DNA of 64,000 nucleotides from a virus: IMG/VR virus record IMGVR_UViG_3300032668_000013, positions 1 to 64,000 of that record; one strand, 5' to 3'. Shown piece by piece: positions 9,607 to 19,590 of this stretch (position 1 is its first letter; each line of letters starts with the position of its first letter). The notes under the pieces were generated by a model. It saw only the letters and a program-made list of their open reading frames with translations, ran no database searches and was not told where the DNA came from. The position numbers and the translations under genes were made by a program.

Positions 9607-9993
9607 ATCCGTATCACAATAAATACTTACTGGATAAGATTTATCTATTTGTTTTACATTTTTAAGATTTAATTTTTCATGTAATTCAGTATCTAAATGC
9701 CACATATTATACCAATAATCGTCATTGGCTTTTTCCATTAATTGGATTACTTCTCTACCATGAGCGGTAATTGAGCCAGCTACGTTATTGTTGAATAGCA
9801 CAAAATAAGCAGTTGCTAATGCCCCGTAAGAACCTCTTTTCCCCCAGTAGATTTACACCCACTGGGGGTAAGCACCGTTAAGAACCAGCTTCAAAGCTAA
9901 TTGAAGGGCGTTATAATACTCCACTTCTTTTTTTACTTCAAAAGCTTTAGCTCTTAACGAATCTAATTTTTTAATTTTTTCGTCTTTAGTCAT
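9250..9993 (-). CDS. polB: Family B DNA polymerase fragment (fingers, motif B, motif C) fused to split intein N-fragment; motif B interrupted by a 42-nt stop-containing insert
   Basis: ATG at 9993 gives MTKDEK...QLALKLVLNG-AYPQWV*IYWGKRG-SYGALATAYF-VLFNNNVAGSITAHGR...YCDTD then intein SCHAST...; same frame as the tracked 9250..9801 ORF. Confidence 0.88.
9826..9876 (-). other. Candidate translational bypass element (42-nt coding gap with hairpin and matched codons)
   Basis: GGT GCT TAC [CCC CAG TGG GTG TAA ATC TAC TGG GGG AAA AGA] GGT TCT TAC; stem CCCCCAGTGGGT/ATCTACTGGGGG with GTAA loop at 9841-9868. Confidence 0.7.
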
Positions 9994-10048
9994 AAAACTT
10001 ATATTATTTTTTAATATACAATTTTATATTAAAATAATAAAAAAGTTT

Positions 10049-10939
10049 ATGATTAAAGAAAATACCATATCAGTAAATATAACTAGTGTAAATAGAAATC
10101 ATTATATAAAATTAGGATATAGTGTTAATATATTTGAAAAATTAGATATAAATGTATATGACTTACCATTAAGTTCCCACGTAAAAATAACAGCAATATG
10201 TAAAATATGCAGTAGTGAAAATTATATTCAATATGGAAAATATATAAAAAATAAAAATAATCATGGTTTTTATTCTTGTAAAAAATGTTCTAGACAAAAA
10301 GCCGTGATAACATCTCAAAAAATTTATGGAGTTAATAATTGGATGGAATTAAAAGAAGCAAAGGAAATAATGGCAAAAAAATTTACAAATAAATATGGAG
10401 TAAAAACAAATTTATTATTAGAATCTAATAAAGAATTAAGGAAAAATATAATGGAGGAAAAATATGGTACTTCTAATTTTTGGGAACTAAGAAATAATAT
10501 AAATAATGAATTTGTAAATAGTGGTAGTATAAAATTTATAAACCTAAATATTACTTCCTCTAAAAATGATATAAAAAACCCTAAATTAAGATACTCAGAT
10601 GAAGAAATCAAAAAATTTTATGATCAATATTTGATAGAGTTTTCTAATTATAGAAAAGAAGTAAGAAAATTAACTAAAAGAGTTAAAAATAAATTATATG
10701 AAAAATGGGATGGTTATGATTTTTATGATAGAGAATATATAAAAGATTATTTAAATTTAAATTATGATAATAAAAAATATCCAACTATAGATCATAAAAT
10801 ATCTATTTATGAAGGGTTCTACAAAAAAATTAAACCAGAGGAGATAAGTTGTATAAATAATTTGTGTATAACAAAACGTTCCTTAAATTCTTCGAAAAGA
10901 AATAAAAATTTCGAAGAATTTAAGGAACGAATTAACTAA
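10049..10939 (+). CDS. HNH-type homing endonuclease-like protein
   Basis: N-terminal CxxC...CxxC, KYGV repeats, C-terminal YPTIDHKIS...NLCITKRSLNSSKRN; paralogue of 33948-35111. Confidence 0.75.
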   Translation: MIKENTISVNITSVNRNHYIKLGYSVNIFEKLDINVYDLPLSSHVKITAICKICSSENYIQYGKYIKNKNNHGFYSCKKCSRQKAVITSQKIYGVNNWMELKEAKEIMAKKFTNKYGVKTNLLLESNKELRKNIMEEKYGTSNFWELRNNINNEFVNSGSIKFINLNITSSKNDIKNPKLRYSDEEIKKFYDQYLIEFSNYRKEVRKLTKRVKNKLYEKWDGYDFYDREYIKDYLNLNYDNKKYPTIDHKISIYEGFYKKIKPEEISCINNLCITKRSLNSSKRNKNFEEFKERIN

Positions 10940-11486
10940 TAATATCTTTAAAGATGTATTTACAACGTTCATCTATATTAATATCTGATAAATCAGTATG
11001 ATCTATATTTTCTAATATTAAATAATCTCTTATTACATTATCTAATCTTGCTATTTCGTCTTTATTTTGGAATCGTATTCCATCTTCAACATTATCTAAA
11101 ATAGGTGGGATATAATAAATTTTATACCATTGATTTATATTTTTAAGAATTTCTTTTTGTAAATGATTTATAGCAGCAACATCTTTATTAGATAATTTTT
11201 TAGGGTATAGGGATCTAAAATAGAAGTAGTTTAATATAGAGGAAGAATCACATATAATGTAATCTTTAGAACCCATATACATTTTTTCTCTATTTAGTTG
11301 TTTATAGAAAATAACCATTTGGTCTATTGGGGTATTTGGTATTCCCCATTCTGCTATATAATCGGTGGCTGCTTCGGTAACAAATATAGAATTAAGTCCT
11401 TTCTTTTTAAGTTGGTAGTGAATAGATGCGGCTAAAGTTGATTTACCTGAACTGGGAGCACCTACTATAGAAATTAATTTACTCAT
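10932..11486 (-). CDS. NadR/AAA_28-like P-loop nucleotide kinase
   Basis: GAPSSGKST, E.A..YI, IICDSS, DGIR motifs. Confidence 0.75.
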   Translation of the reverse strand: MSKLISIVGAPSSGKSTLAASIHYQLKKKGLNSIFVTEAATDYIAEWGIPNTPIDQMVIFYKQLNREKMYMGSKDYIICDSSSILNYFYFRSLYPKKLSNKDVAAINHLQKEILKNINQWYKIYYIPPILDNVEDGIRFQNKDEIARLDNVIRDYLILENIDHTDLSDINIDERCKYIFKDIIS

Positions 11487-11585
11487 TATTTTTTTATTTT
11501 ATTAATATTATATTTCAATCAAATAAAAAGTTTATGTAAGAAAGGTTTATTATTAATATATAATATATTAAAATAATTTAATTAG

Positions 11586-11975
11586 ATGCAGTTTTTTGTA
11601 GTATATGTTAAACAGATAAAAAAATTCCAAAAATACGTTAAAGTAAATAAAATAAGGAATAAATATATCATAGATATTAAAAAAATATCAGAGGAAGAAG
11701 GATTAGATTATGATTCGGAAAGGACGTATCTTAAAATACTGGTATTTAATAAAATACAACAAGCGATAGAAAAGAATAAAGATATTTATTATATTCCTGA
11801 TTTTGATCATGATTTTTCTATTGAGAAACTTTTGAATATTAAAAAAATTCTAAATGAGAATGACTTTAATATTCTTATTTTTTATAATGAATTTAGAAAA
11901 GATAATGATTTATTACAGGATGCTTTAGGAAATTTAACTAAATTTTCTAATTCACAAATAATCAGAGATTATTAA
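11586..11975 (+). CDS. Hypothetical protein
   Basis: 129-aa ORF behind a TTAATATATA motif, first gene of the structural cluster. Confidence 0.5.
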   Translation: MQFFVVYVKQIKKFQKYVKVNKIRNKYIIDIKKISEEEGLDYDSERTYLKILVFNKIQQAIEKNKDIYYIPDFDHDFSIEKLLNIKKILNENDFNILIFYNEFRKDNDLLQDALGNLTKFSNSQIIRDY

Positions 11976-11994
11976 AAAATAAAACACACTAAAA

Positions 11995-13938
11995 ATGGCA
12001 AATCCTACTAATACACCAGCTCCTGTATCAGCTCCTACTCCAAATACAGATGTAGAATTTAATTCACCTGATCAAAGAAAATTTAAATTGGATCAAAATG
12101 GTAACAAGGTTGATATAAATGATATAAAAGCAAATACAAAAAGTGGGGATAGGTCATCTCCATTAATAGGTGGGTCTCCTTTAGGAGGATTTGTATATGA
12201 TAATACTAATCAAGGATATTCGATTCAGCAAGGTGATAAAATTGATGATTTAGATAGTGTTAAATCTTTATTTAATAATACTAATTTAAGACCATTTAAA
12301 TCTATAAATGATAATAGTTTTGATTCTAATGTTTATAAAAATAAAATTATTGATTCATATAATGATTCAACTTATGATATAAGTACTTTAGATTTAATAG
12401 ATTGGTCTAAAAAAAGTGGTAACGCTTCTATTGAATTAAATGAAATGGATTTTATATTTCTTAAAAATTTAGGAGTTTATACAAATAATAGATTAATTAT
12501 TGCTAGAAGATTTCCATTTGGCATTTATGATGATTTAACAAACACTGCTTCAAAAAATACTAAACCTATTTCTAAATTAATATCATGGGTTAAAGATGGT
12601 GAAGATTTTATTAGTATTGATTTTTCAGAAAAATGGGTAGAATCAGAGGCTAGTTTTGTTGAAATATTAAACGGAATTGGTAAAGACATGACCACTAATA
12701 TAAGTAAAATGGATAATCCTACTGATTGGGGTAGTGCTGCGGCAGCAGGTGGTGGTATTGTACCTTTAGCTGGTTTTACTGAAGTTTTCCAATATAATGT
12801 TTTAAACAAATTGGCTGGTACACAAATGTCTACTGTTGATTTTACTACATTACCACAAGGTAATCCTAATTTAATTAGAGAATCAAAAAGAAGAAGTGTT
12901 GCAAGCTCTGGAAAAGAGCCATTTAGTGGATTAAAAGGAGCATTTGGAGTAACTATGAAAATAGAATATGAACAAAAATATGTATATGGTATAGATCCTG
13001 CATTTGCTTATTACTCTATAATAGCAAATGCTCTTAGTTTTGGTACTTCTGTATCATCATTCAATTTTACAGGAGCTTTAAGTAAGGAATTAAAAAAATT
13101 TGTTGATGATATAAGTTCAGGAGATTCTAATAGATTAATTGGTGCTCTTGTTGATTTTGTTGCTGCTATTGTTGGTGCGTTACAAGATATGGCTAGTCAG
13201 TTAGTGAATGCGGTAAAAAGTATAGTTAAAGGTGATGTTAGTCTTACTCAAGTTGGATCGCAAATATTAAAAACAATAGCAAAAGGTATAGGTTCTATAA
13301 TTAATAAATACAAAGTTAGAATTATAGGTGTAATTAATTCATTAACAGGCACACCATCTGGACCTTGGCATATAACTATTGGAAATCCAAAACATCCCAT
13401 TTTTTCATCTGGAGATATGATTGTAGACAATGTTACAATGACATTAGGTAATGTATTAGCTTTTAATGATTTACCATCAAGTATAGCATTAGAAGTTAAA
13501 TTTTCTAGTGCTAGAAATTTAGGATCTCAAGAGATATTTCAAAAATTAAATTGTGGTAAAGAAAGAACTTATGTTGTAGCACCAGGATATGAAAATGGGA
13601 TTGATTTTCTAACTAATAATAACACTAAAATCTCAGATGCAGTTGATAAAAAAATAGATGAAATGGTAAAAAATAATGCGGCTCGTGAGAAAAAAGATGC
13701 TAATAAGGCTAACACAACTAAAGAAAATTATCAACCTATTATAGATAGTATAATAAAAGAAGCAAAAGATAAAAAATTAAAATATGATGGTACTATAACA
13801 GCAGTAGATGAAGCGAATGCTGTAAAACAATGGCTTGATGGTTATAATAAGACATCACAATTAAATGATAAAATTGGTTGGACTGCATCAGGAACTACAA
13901 CTCCTGTTAGTGTAAAAGCTAGTGACCTTTTCAGTTAA
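11995..13938 (+). CDS. Putative baseplate/tail-tube-associated structural protein
   Basis: 647 aa; WHITIGNP..PI...GDMIV.......FNDLP motif; context upstream of baseplate genes. Confidence 0.5.
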   Translation: MANPTNTPAPVSAPTPNTDVEFNSPDQRKFKLDQNGNKVDINDIKANTKSGDRSSPLIGGSPLGGFVYDNTNQGYSIQQGDKIDDLDSVKSLFNNTNLRPFKSINDNSFDSNVYKNKIIDSYNDSTYDISTLDLIDWSKKSGNASIELNEMDFIFLKNLGVYTNNRLIIARRFPFGIYDDLTNTASKNTKPISKLISWVKDGEDFISIDFSEKWVESEASFVEILNGIGKDMTTNISKMDNPTDWGSAAAAGGGIVPLAGFTEVFQYNVLNKLAGTQMSTVDFTTLPQGNPNLIRESKRRSVASSGKEPFSGLKGAFGVTMKIEYEQKYVYGIDPAFAYYSIIANALSFGTSVSSFNFTGALSKELKKFVDDISSGDSNRLIGALVDFVAAIVGALQDMASQLVNAVKSIVKGDVSLTQVGSQILKTIAKGIGSIINKYKVRIIGVINSLTGTPSGPWHITIGNPKHPIFSSGDMIVDNVTMTLGNVLAFNDLPSSIALEVKFSSARNLGSQEIFQKLNCGKERTYVVAPGYENGIDFLTNNNTKISDAVDKKIDEMVKNNAAREKKDANKANTTKENYQPIIDSIIKEAKDKKLKYDGTITAVDEANAVKQWLDGYNKTSQLNDKIGWTASGTTTPVSVKASDLFS

Positions 13939-13954
13939 AAAATAAAAATAAAAA

Positions 13955-14419
13955 ATGGATATTAAAGATTTAGATTTATTACAAAGAGATCCTAATCAAG
14001 ATAATTTATATGACCTAACACAAAATAATCTTAAATTTGACCCTAGTATTCAAGGTACTTATTTTGTTTTATCAGATGAAGAAGAAATGAGATTAGATTT
14101 AGTTAGTTATGCTATATATAATAATGTTGATAATGTTGATTATTTATTAACATTGAATGATATTGATAATCCATTAAATATAATGAGTGGGGATTATATT
14201 AAATGGATAAGTCCAACTCAATTAAATTCAATAGAAATAAATGTATCTAAAGTAGATACAGTTAGTTTAGGTTTAATAAATACAAATAAGAAAACTCAAA
14301 TTGACCCAGCAAGACAAGTTTATGTATCAAATGGGTATTCATTTCCACCTACATTTAATGAAGCGGGAGGACCTCCAGCAGCAATTAGTGGAAATACAAT
14401 AATATTAGGAAATAATTAA
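13955..14419 (+). CDS. LysM-like baseplate wedge protein (T4 gp53/tail X-like)
   Basis: RLDLVSYAIY....DYLL.LNDI.NPL.I..GD motif. Confidence 0.65.
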   Translation: MDIKDLDLLQRDPNQDNLYDLTQNNLKFDPSIQGTYFVLSDEEEMRLDLVSYAIYNNVDNVDYLLTLNDIDNPLNIMSGDYIKWISPTQLNSIEINVSKVDTVSLGLINTNKKTQIDPARQVYVSNGYSFPPTFNEAGGPPAAISGNTIILGNN

Positions 14420-14423
14420 AAAT

Positions 14424-17195
14424 ATGAGTATGTTATATGTTATAAATGTAAATTGTTATGTTTTAAAAGGTTCTAAAAAATTATATCCTGATTATAAATT
14501 AGGAGATAATGATTTAGGAGAATCTATAATAGATTATTTATCTGAATTTTGGCCATCAAAAGGTTATAAATTTATAGATACAACATCTAAAGAAATAACT
14601 CATGTTAATGACATGATATCATACGATTTAGTTATAAATTTAGATTTATTTAATCAAGAAAATTTAGATTTACAAGTTTTTACACAAAAAATACAAACAG
14701 GTATACATAATATTTATAGTAAATGTAATGCATTAGTTAATATAAGTAGTAAAGAAGATTCTATTGTTAATAATTTTGACCCTAAACTTAATGGTGGAGG
14801 TTATCTTATGAATTTTTTCCTTAAAGATATACCTACACCAACTCTACCAACTCCTAGTTTTAAAGTAAATTATGACCCTAATCAGTTTCCAACTGATATA
14901 AAAATTGTTGATCAATCAAAGAATAGTGTAAAATATCAATATGATTTTGGTGATGGAGAAAAATCTATACTTAAAGAGCCTAATAAAACATACACAACTG
15001 AAGGAACATATAATATAGTACTAACTACTGTATCAAGTGATAATTTATCAGCGACATATTCACAAACAGTTACTATTAAAAAACCAATAGATCCTGTTGT
15101 TGAATCAAAAAAACAAGATACAACTCCTGATAATCCTGATACTAAACCTCAAAATCAGGTAGATAAGACAGCAAATGTAAATGAGACTAAACCTGATGAA
15201 CAAGCAACAAATATAAAAATACAAACTCCAAATAATCCAGATTATCAAAGTGAGTTTATAAGAGGTTCAGGTTTTTCTCCTGTTATTTATTATAATTCGT
15301 TATTAATTGATAATTCAACAATTGATTATTTTTCATTATATAATGATGGTTTTATTCCTTGTATAAAACTTAATTTTAAAGACTCTAGTGGTACAATTAA
15401 AAGTAAAGGATTTCCATTAGATGATACAAAAATTAAAATATTTATTAGTTCTCGTTCTAATAATTTAAAATCTATAATATTAGATTTTAAAATTACAAAT
15501 TTTAATAATGATGATGATATAATGATGATAGATGGTATATTACAATCATCTAAATTATATACTAAAAATTATAAAAATTACGCAAATTCTACATCTTATA
15601 CTGCTCTTAAACAAATATGTACTGATATAGGTATTGGATTTAATAGTAATATAACTGATTCAAATGATAGAATGAATTGGCTTCAAAATGGTAAAAAGTT
15701 TTTAGATTTTATCGAATCAATTGTAGAAAGATCTTATATATCTGATAAAACTTTTTTATCAGGATATATTGATTACTATCAATGTTTTAACTATATTGAT
15801 ATAGAAAAGGAAATGGATAGAGATATAACTGATCAACATGGAATTAATACAACTGGATTAGAAAGTGCTAATGGTTCTAATTCTAAAACAGATATTCAAC
15901 CTTTAATTTTAACAAATGATGAATCAATGTTACAATCAAATAATTATTTTTCTAAATTTAAGGTAATAAATAGGTCTGCTGAAATAAGTGCTGAAACAGG
16001 ATATATTCAAAATACTGCGTTTTATGATAGAAATAAAAAACAATTAGTTAGTTTTAAAATAGATTCTATAACTAAAAATGAAAATGATAGAATAATTTTA
16101 AAAGGAGATCCTAATGATCCTAATTCATCAGAAACTGTTAATAATAATCAAAATTATCATTATTTAGGTAAATTAGATACATCAAATGTACATAATAATT
16201 ATTTTTATACAAAAATAAATAATTGGAAAAATATAACTGATTTAGGTAAAATTGAGATTGAGATTGAAATGGGTAATCCTAACTTTAATCTTTATCAATT
16301 TCAAAAAGTTAGTCTTATATTAAGTAATAAATCTCCTATGGGTGGAGATGATAGTATGATTAATAGTAGATTAACTGGTGAATGGTTATTAATTGATATA
16401 GAATATGTACTCTCTCAAAATAAATTTTCACAAATTTTTCGTTTAGTAAAAAGAGAGTTAGAATTATCTAAAGAAGAATTAGATGCAGAGAAAAATAATA
16501 CAAATACTAATTATAAAAAAGAATTATCCGAAAATACTCAAAATCCAGAACCAAATCAACAAACTACAGGAACACCTGCTTTAGTTGATTATTCAAATCC
16601 AACAAAAGTTCCAGCAGTACCTACTAATTATAATACAAGTTTACCAAAGAAAACTGATAAATTATCAAGCATATTTAAAACTTATACTTATCAATCTTTA
16701 TATCCTATTATACAGCAATTAGGAATACCAAAAGGTATTGGGATACTAATGCTAGCACATGCTTTACACGAAGGATGGGGAGGTATTGAACAAGGAGATC
16801 CACAAATGGCAGCAGCTGATGCGAAACATAGAACTAGAAGAACTAATAACCCAGGAGCATTAAGATATAGTACTATTTACGCACAATTTAATCCAGTATC
16901 GGATACTCCAAAAAATGGATATTGTAAATTTCCTAATGTTATTGAAGGGGTTAAAGCTCTTTATTTTTTAATAACTAGGATTAAAAATGGACAAAACCAA
17001 AATTTCCCATTAGCAGGAAATAGCCCGCTATGGAATGGTGATCCTAAAACAGGATATATGGATATTTATGCCCCAATTTCTGATGGTAATAATCCTCATG
17101 ATTATGCTATGGGTATATTATCAGACTTTAATACTTTTGGTATATCTGGTTTAACTACTGATACTACGATAAATCAACTATTTAACATTAAATGA
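14424..17195 (+). CDS. Baseplate hub-like protein with PKD domain and C-terminal lysozyme-like domain
   Basis: PKD motif YDFGDG......P.KTY...GTY.I.LT; hub-like NSRLTGEWLL; C-terminal HEG...RTNNPGALR...YAP.SDGNNP..Y. Confidence 0.6.
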   Translation: MSMLYVINVNCYVLKGSKKLYPDYKLGDNDLGESIIDYLSEFWPSKGYKFIDTTSKEITHVNDMISYDLVINLDLFNQENLDLQVFTQKIQTGIHNIYSKCNALVNISSKEDSIVNNFDPKLNGGGYLMNFFLKDIPTPTLPTPSFKVNYDPNQFPTDIKIVDQSKNSVKYQYDFGDGEKSILKEPNKTYTTEGTYNIVLTTVSSDNLSATYSQTVTIKKPIDPVVESKKQDTTPDNPDTKPQNQVDKTANVNETKPDEQATNIKIQTPNNPDYQSEFIRGSGFSPVIYYNSLLIDNSTIDYFSLYNDGFIPCIKLNFKDSSGTIKSKGFPLDDTKIKIFISSRSNNLKSIILDFKITNFNNDDDIMMIDGILQSSKLYTKNYKNYANSTSYTALKQICTDIGIGFNSNITDSNDRMNWLQNGKKFLDFIESIVERSYISDKTFLSGYIDYYQCFNYIDIEKEMDRDITDQHGINTTGLESANGSNSKTDIQPLILTNDESMLQSNNYFSKFKVINRSAEISAETGYIQNTAFYDRNKKQLVSFKIDSITKNENDRIILKGDPNDPNSSETVNNNQNYHYLGKLDTSNVHNNYFYTKINNWKNITDLGKIEIEIEMGNPNFNLYQFQKVSLILSNKSPMGGDDSMINSRLTGEWLLIDIEYVLSQNKFSQIFRLVKRELELSKEELDAEKNNTNTNYKKELSENTQNPEPNQQTTGTPALVDYSNPTKVPAVPTNYNTSLPKKTDKLSSIFKTYTYQSLYPIIQQLGIPKGIGILMLAHALHEGWGGIEQGDPQMAAADAKHRTRRTNNPGALRYSTIYAQFNPVSDTPKNGYCKFPNVIEGVKALYFLITRIKNGQNQNFPLAGNSPLWNGDPKTGYMDIYAPISDGNNPHDYAMGILSDFNTFGISGLTTDTTINQLFNIK

Positions 17196-17241
17196 TAAGT
17201 AATGTTTCTTATTTAATATATAATAAAAAAGTTTTATCAGC

Positions 17242-19551
17242 ATGGCAGAAAACATCACTTCCCCAATTTCAGTACCTAGTAGTGGAGGTATGGATATACC
17301 ACCTGCTTCAGCACAAACATTAAATCCTCAAGTACCTCAAGATCTAAATCCTAAAATTAATCCAGTTATAGCTGAAGCAGATAAACCAAATACAGGCGTT
17401 CCTGTATTACAAGAAAAATTTAAAAGAACTGGTTTATTTTATGGGGATACAAATAGCCCAATTTTTGTAGTTAATAGATGGCAAAATTATTTTGATGATG
17501 GAAATTCTTCTAATATAGGTGGGTTATATGATGCAGATTTTAGTAATTCTGATAATAGTGGTTTCATGGCTCCTGAAGGTTTTTATCAAACTAATTTAAT
17601 GTCAACTGAAACAGGTTTTGAACAAGAAAGAGGTTGGATTAATGAGCCATTTCAAAATTATGCTTTTAAAGGATCAAATGGTAATTTAAGATTATACCCT
17701 GGACATGAAGGTTCTTTACAAAATCCTTACTCTTATACTAATGCTACAGATTTAGATGTAAATATAAGCAATAACTATTTAGAATTTCCGGATGAACATT
17801 TAATAAATAAATTAGCTCCTCAATATACTTTTACTAGAGGCTTCTCAATAGACAATGATAATAAGGATAGAAGATTAACGAATATAAATTTTGCTCAATA
17901 TCAAACAACTATTAATAATCAAGATCCTGTTGTGTTTGGTTATCAATTATCAATAATCTCAGAAACCTCACCTCTTTTTAATGGTGCTATACCTGATTTT
18001 TTATATAAATATTCAACAATGACAGATTTAAAAACAAGGTTAGTAACATACTATCAATTTTTTTATAGTTTCTTTTCTTTATTTGAATTAGAATTGGTTA
18101 GAGATGAATTAAGAGATTCAAGAGTAGATTATAATAGTAATTTTCCTGATATGGATAATTGGTATAGTAAGGTTACTAATGACGGAATCTATACACCAGA
18201 AGATTTATTTGATTTTACCAATAGTAGACAAGGAAATAATTTTAATAAAACTCCATATTATTTAAAAAAAATATCTGGTTTAAATAATTTAATAGAAAAG
18301 AATGGGTTTGATGGTAAAGATAATTTTATTGATTATGGAACAGATATTATTACTTTAACTCTAAATGAAGATACTAATTTATCATCAGGAGCTTTAATAA
18401 TGTTATATAAAACTTTAAGTTGGTCTAAAAGAGGTGGTAAAAAAATGATACCTGATAATTTATTAAGATTTGATTTAGAGATAACAGTTAGCGAAACTAG
18501 ACATTATAACAGAGTTGTAGGAGGTGAAGTTATGGCAGATATTCCTAATAAATATACTTATTTTTTATATGAGTGTCAATTTGTTTTTGATAAAATGTCA
18601 CATGGAGATTCTATTGATATGTCCGCAATTAAATCATTAGATGAAGGAGTAGATATTTCTTTTACATATAAGTATTCCAATGTTAAAATGAGTACATATA
18701 ATGCTACAAATATCGAATTAGGAGATAGTAATATCCCTAATTCTTTACAATTTACTGAAAAATCAATTGACAATGGTAAATTAAATATTTATGGTGGAGT
18801 ATTTCCAATCGGAGCTTCTGGAAATCCTTCAATGATTTCTAGTGTATCAACTCCTCATACTTATGGAAAAAGAAATATATCAGGTAAAATAGGTGATTTT
18901 GGTAATACTCTTGATGGTGTTTCTCAACCTTTAAATAATCCAAAAGGTAAATTACCATCAGAAATGGATATTGCTAATTTTGATTTAAATAGATTTCGTT
19001 CAACTGTATCTGCAACTATAATTCAGCCTAATATAACAGATAAAATGAAAGATGATATTAAACAATTATATGAAAGTTCAAGAATAAATATGATTAGTAA
19101 TTTTAATTCTACAATAAAAGCAGGAGATTCAAAAGATAGTAACCAAAAAGTAAATTCAAATGTATATAGTTCAGTTTATAATGAAACTGATGTTTATAAT
19201 ATAAATCCATTTGGACAATATGTAGCGAATAGTACAATAGATAACGTTATTGTAAAAGGAACATATGGTCAAGATGTTAGGGTTTTAGCAAACACTAATA
19301 CCGGAAATTCTATATATGCTGAAAATGTATTTTTATTACCTGATGTAGTTCCTATTATAGATTTTGGATTTAGTTCTCCTTTTTTAAGTGGATCTGCTTT
19401 TATTAATTTAGGAGATGATAATGTTTATTATGATAAATTCGGACTTAGTTTAAATGGTGGATTTTCTATTGGGGGATTATCACTAGGGGGTAATTTATCA
19501 TTAAATCCTGGTGGATTATCATTAGGTGGTAATTTAGGACTTAATCTATAA
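17242..19551 (+). CDS. Putative structural protein with Gly-rich C-terminal repeats
   Basis: 769 aa between hub and spike genes; MIPDNLLRFD motif; ends with GGLSLGGNL repeats. Confidence 0.45.
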   Translation: MAENITSPISVPSSGGMDIPPASAQTLNPQVPQDLNPKINPVIAEADKPNTGVPVLQEKFKRTGLFYGDTNSPIFVVNRWQNYFDDGNSSNIGGLYDADFSNSDNSGFMAPEGFYQTNLMSTETGFEQERGWINEPFQNYAFKGSNGNLRLYPGHEGSLQNPYSYTNATDLDVNISNNYLEFPDEHLINKLAPQYTFTRGFSIDNDNKDRRLTNINFAQYQTTINNQDPVVFGYQLSIISETSPLFNGAIPDFLYKYSTMTDLKTRLVTYYQFFYSFFSLFELELVRDELRDSRVDYNSNFPDMDNWYSKVTNDGIYTPEDLFDFTNSRQGNNFNKTPYYLKKISGLNNLIEKNGFDGKDNFIDYGTDIITLTLNEDTNLSSGALIMLYKTLSWSKRGGKKMIPDNLLRFDLEITVSETRHYNRVVGGEVMADIPNKYTYFLYECQFVFDKMSHGDSIDMSAIKSLDEGVDISFTYKYSNVKMSTYNATNIELGDSNIPNSLQFTEKSIDNGKLNIYGGVFPIGASGNPSMISSVSTPHTYGKRNISGKIGDFGNTLDGVSQPLNNPKGKLPSEMDIANFDLNRFRSTVSATIIQPNITDKMKDDIKQLYESSRINMISNFNSTIKAGDSKDSNQKVNSNVYSSVYNETDVYNINPFGQYVANSTIDNVIVKGTYGQDVRVLANTNTGNSIYAENVFLLPDVVPIIDFGFSSPFLSGSAFINLGDDNVYYDKFGLSLNGGFSIGGLSLGGNLSLNPGGLSLGGNLGLNL

Positions 19552-19590
19552 TTATTATATAAGGAAAAAGTTTTATATAATATATAATTT

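Noticed and set aside
9250-9801. Tracked GTG start at 9801 as the true polB start
   Set aside because: It omits motif B, which lies upstream in the same frame on both sides of the TAA; the ATG at 9993 fits better.
9841-9868. Hairpin as an intrinsic terminator or group I/II intron
   Set aside because: On the coding strand it is followed by AAAAG rather than a U-tract, and 42 nt cannot hold a ribozyme core. Protein-assisted splicing is not excluded.
19440-19551. GGLSLGGNL repeat as a separate element
   Set aside because: Short low-complexity coding repeat at a protein C-terminus.
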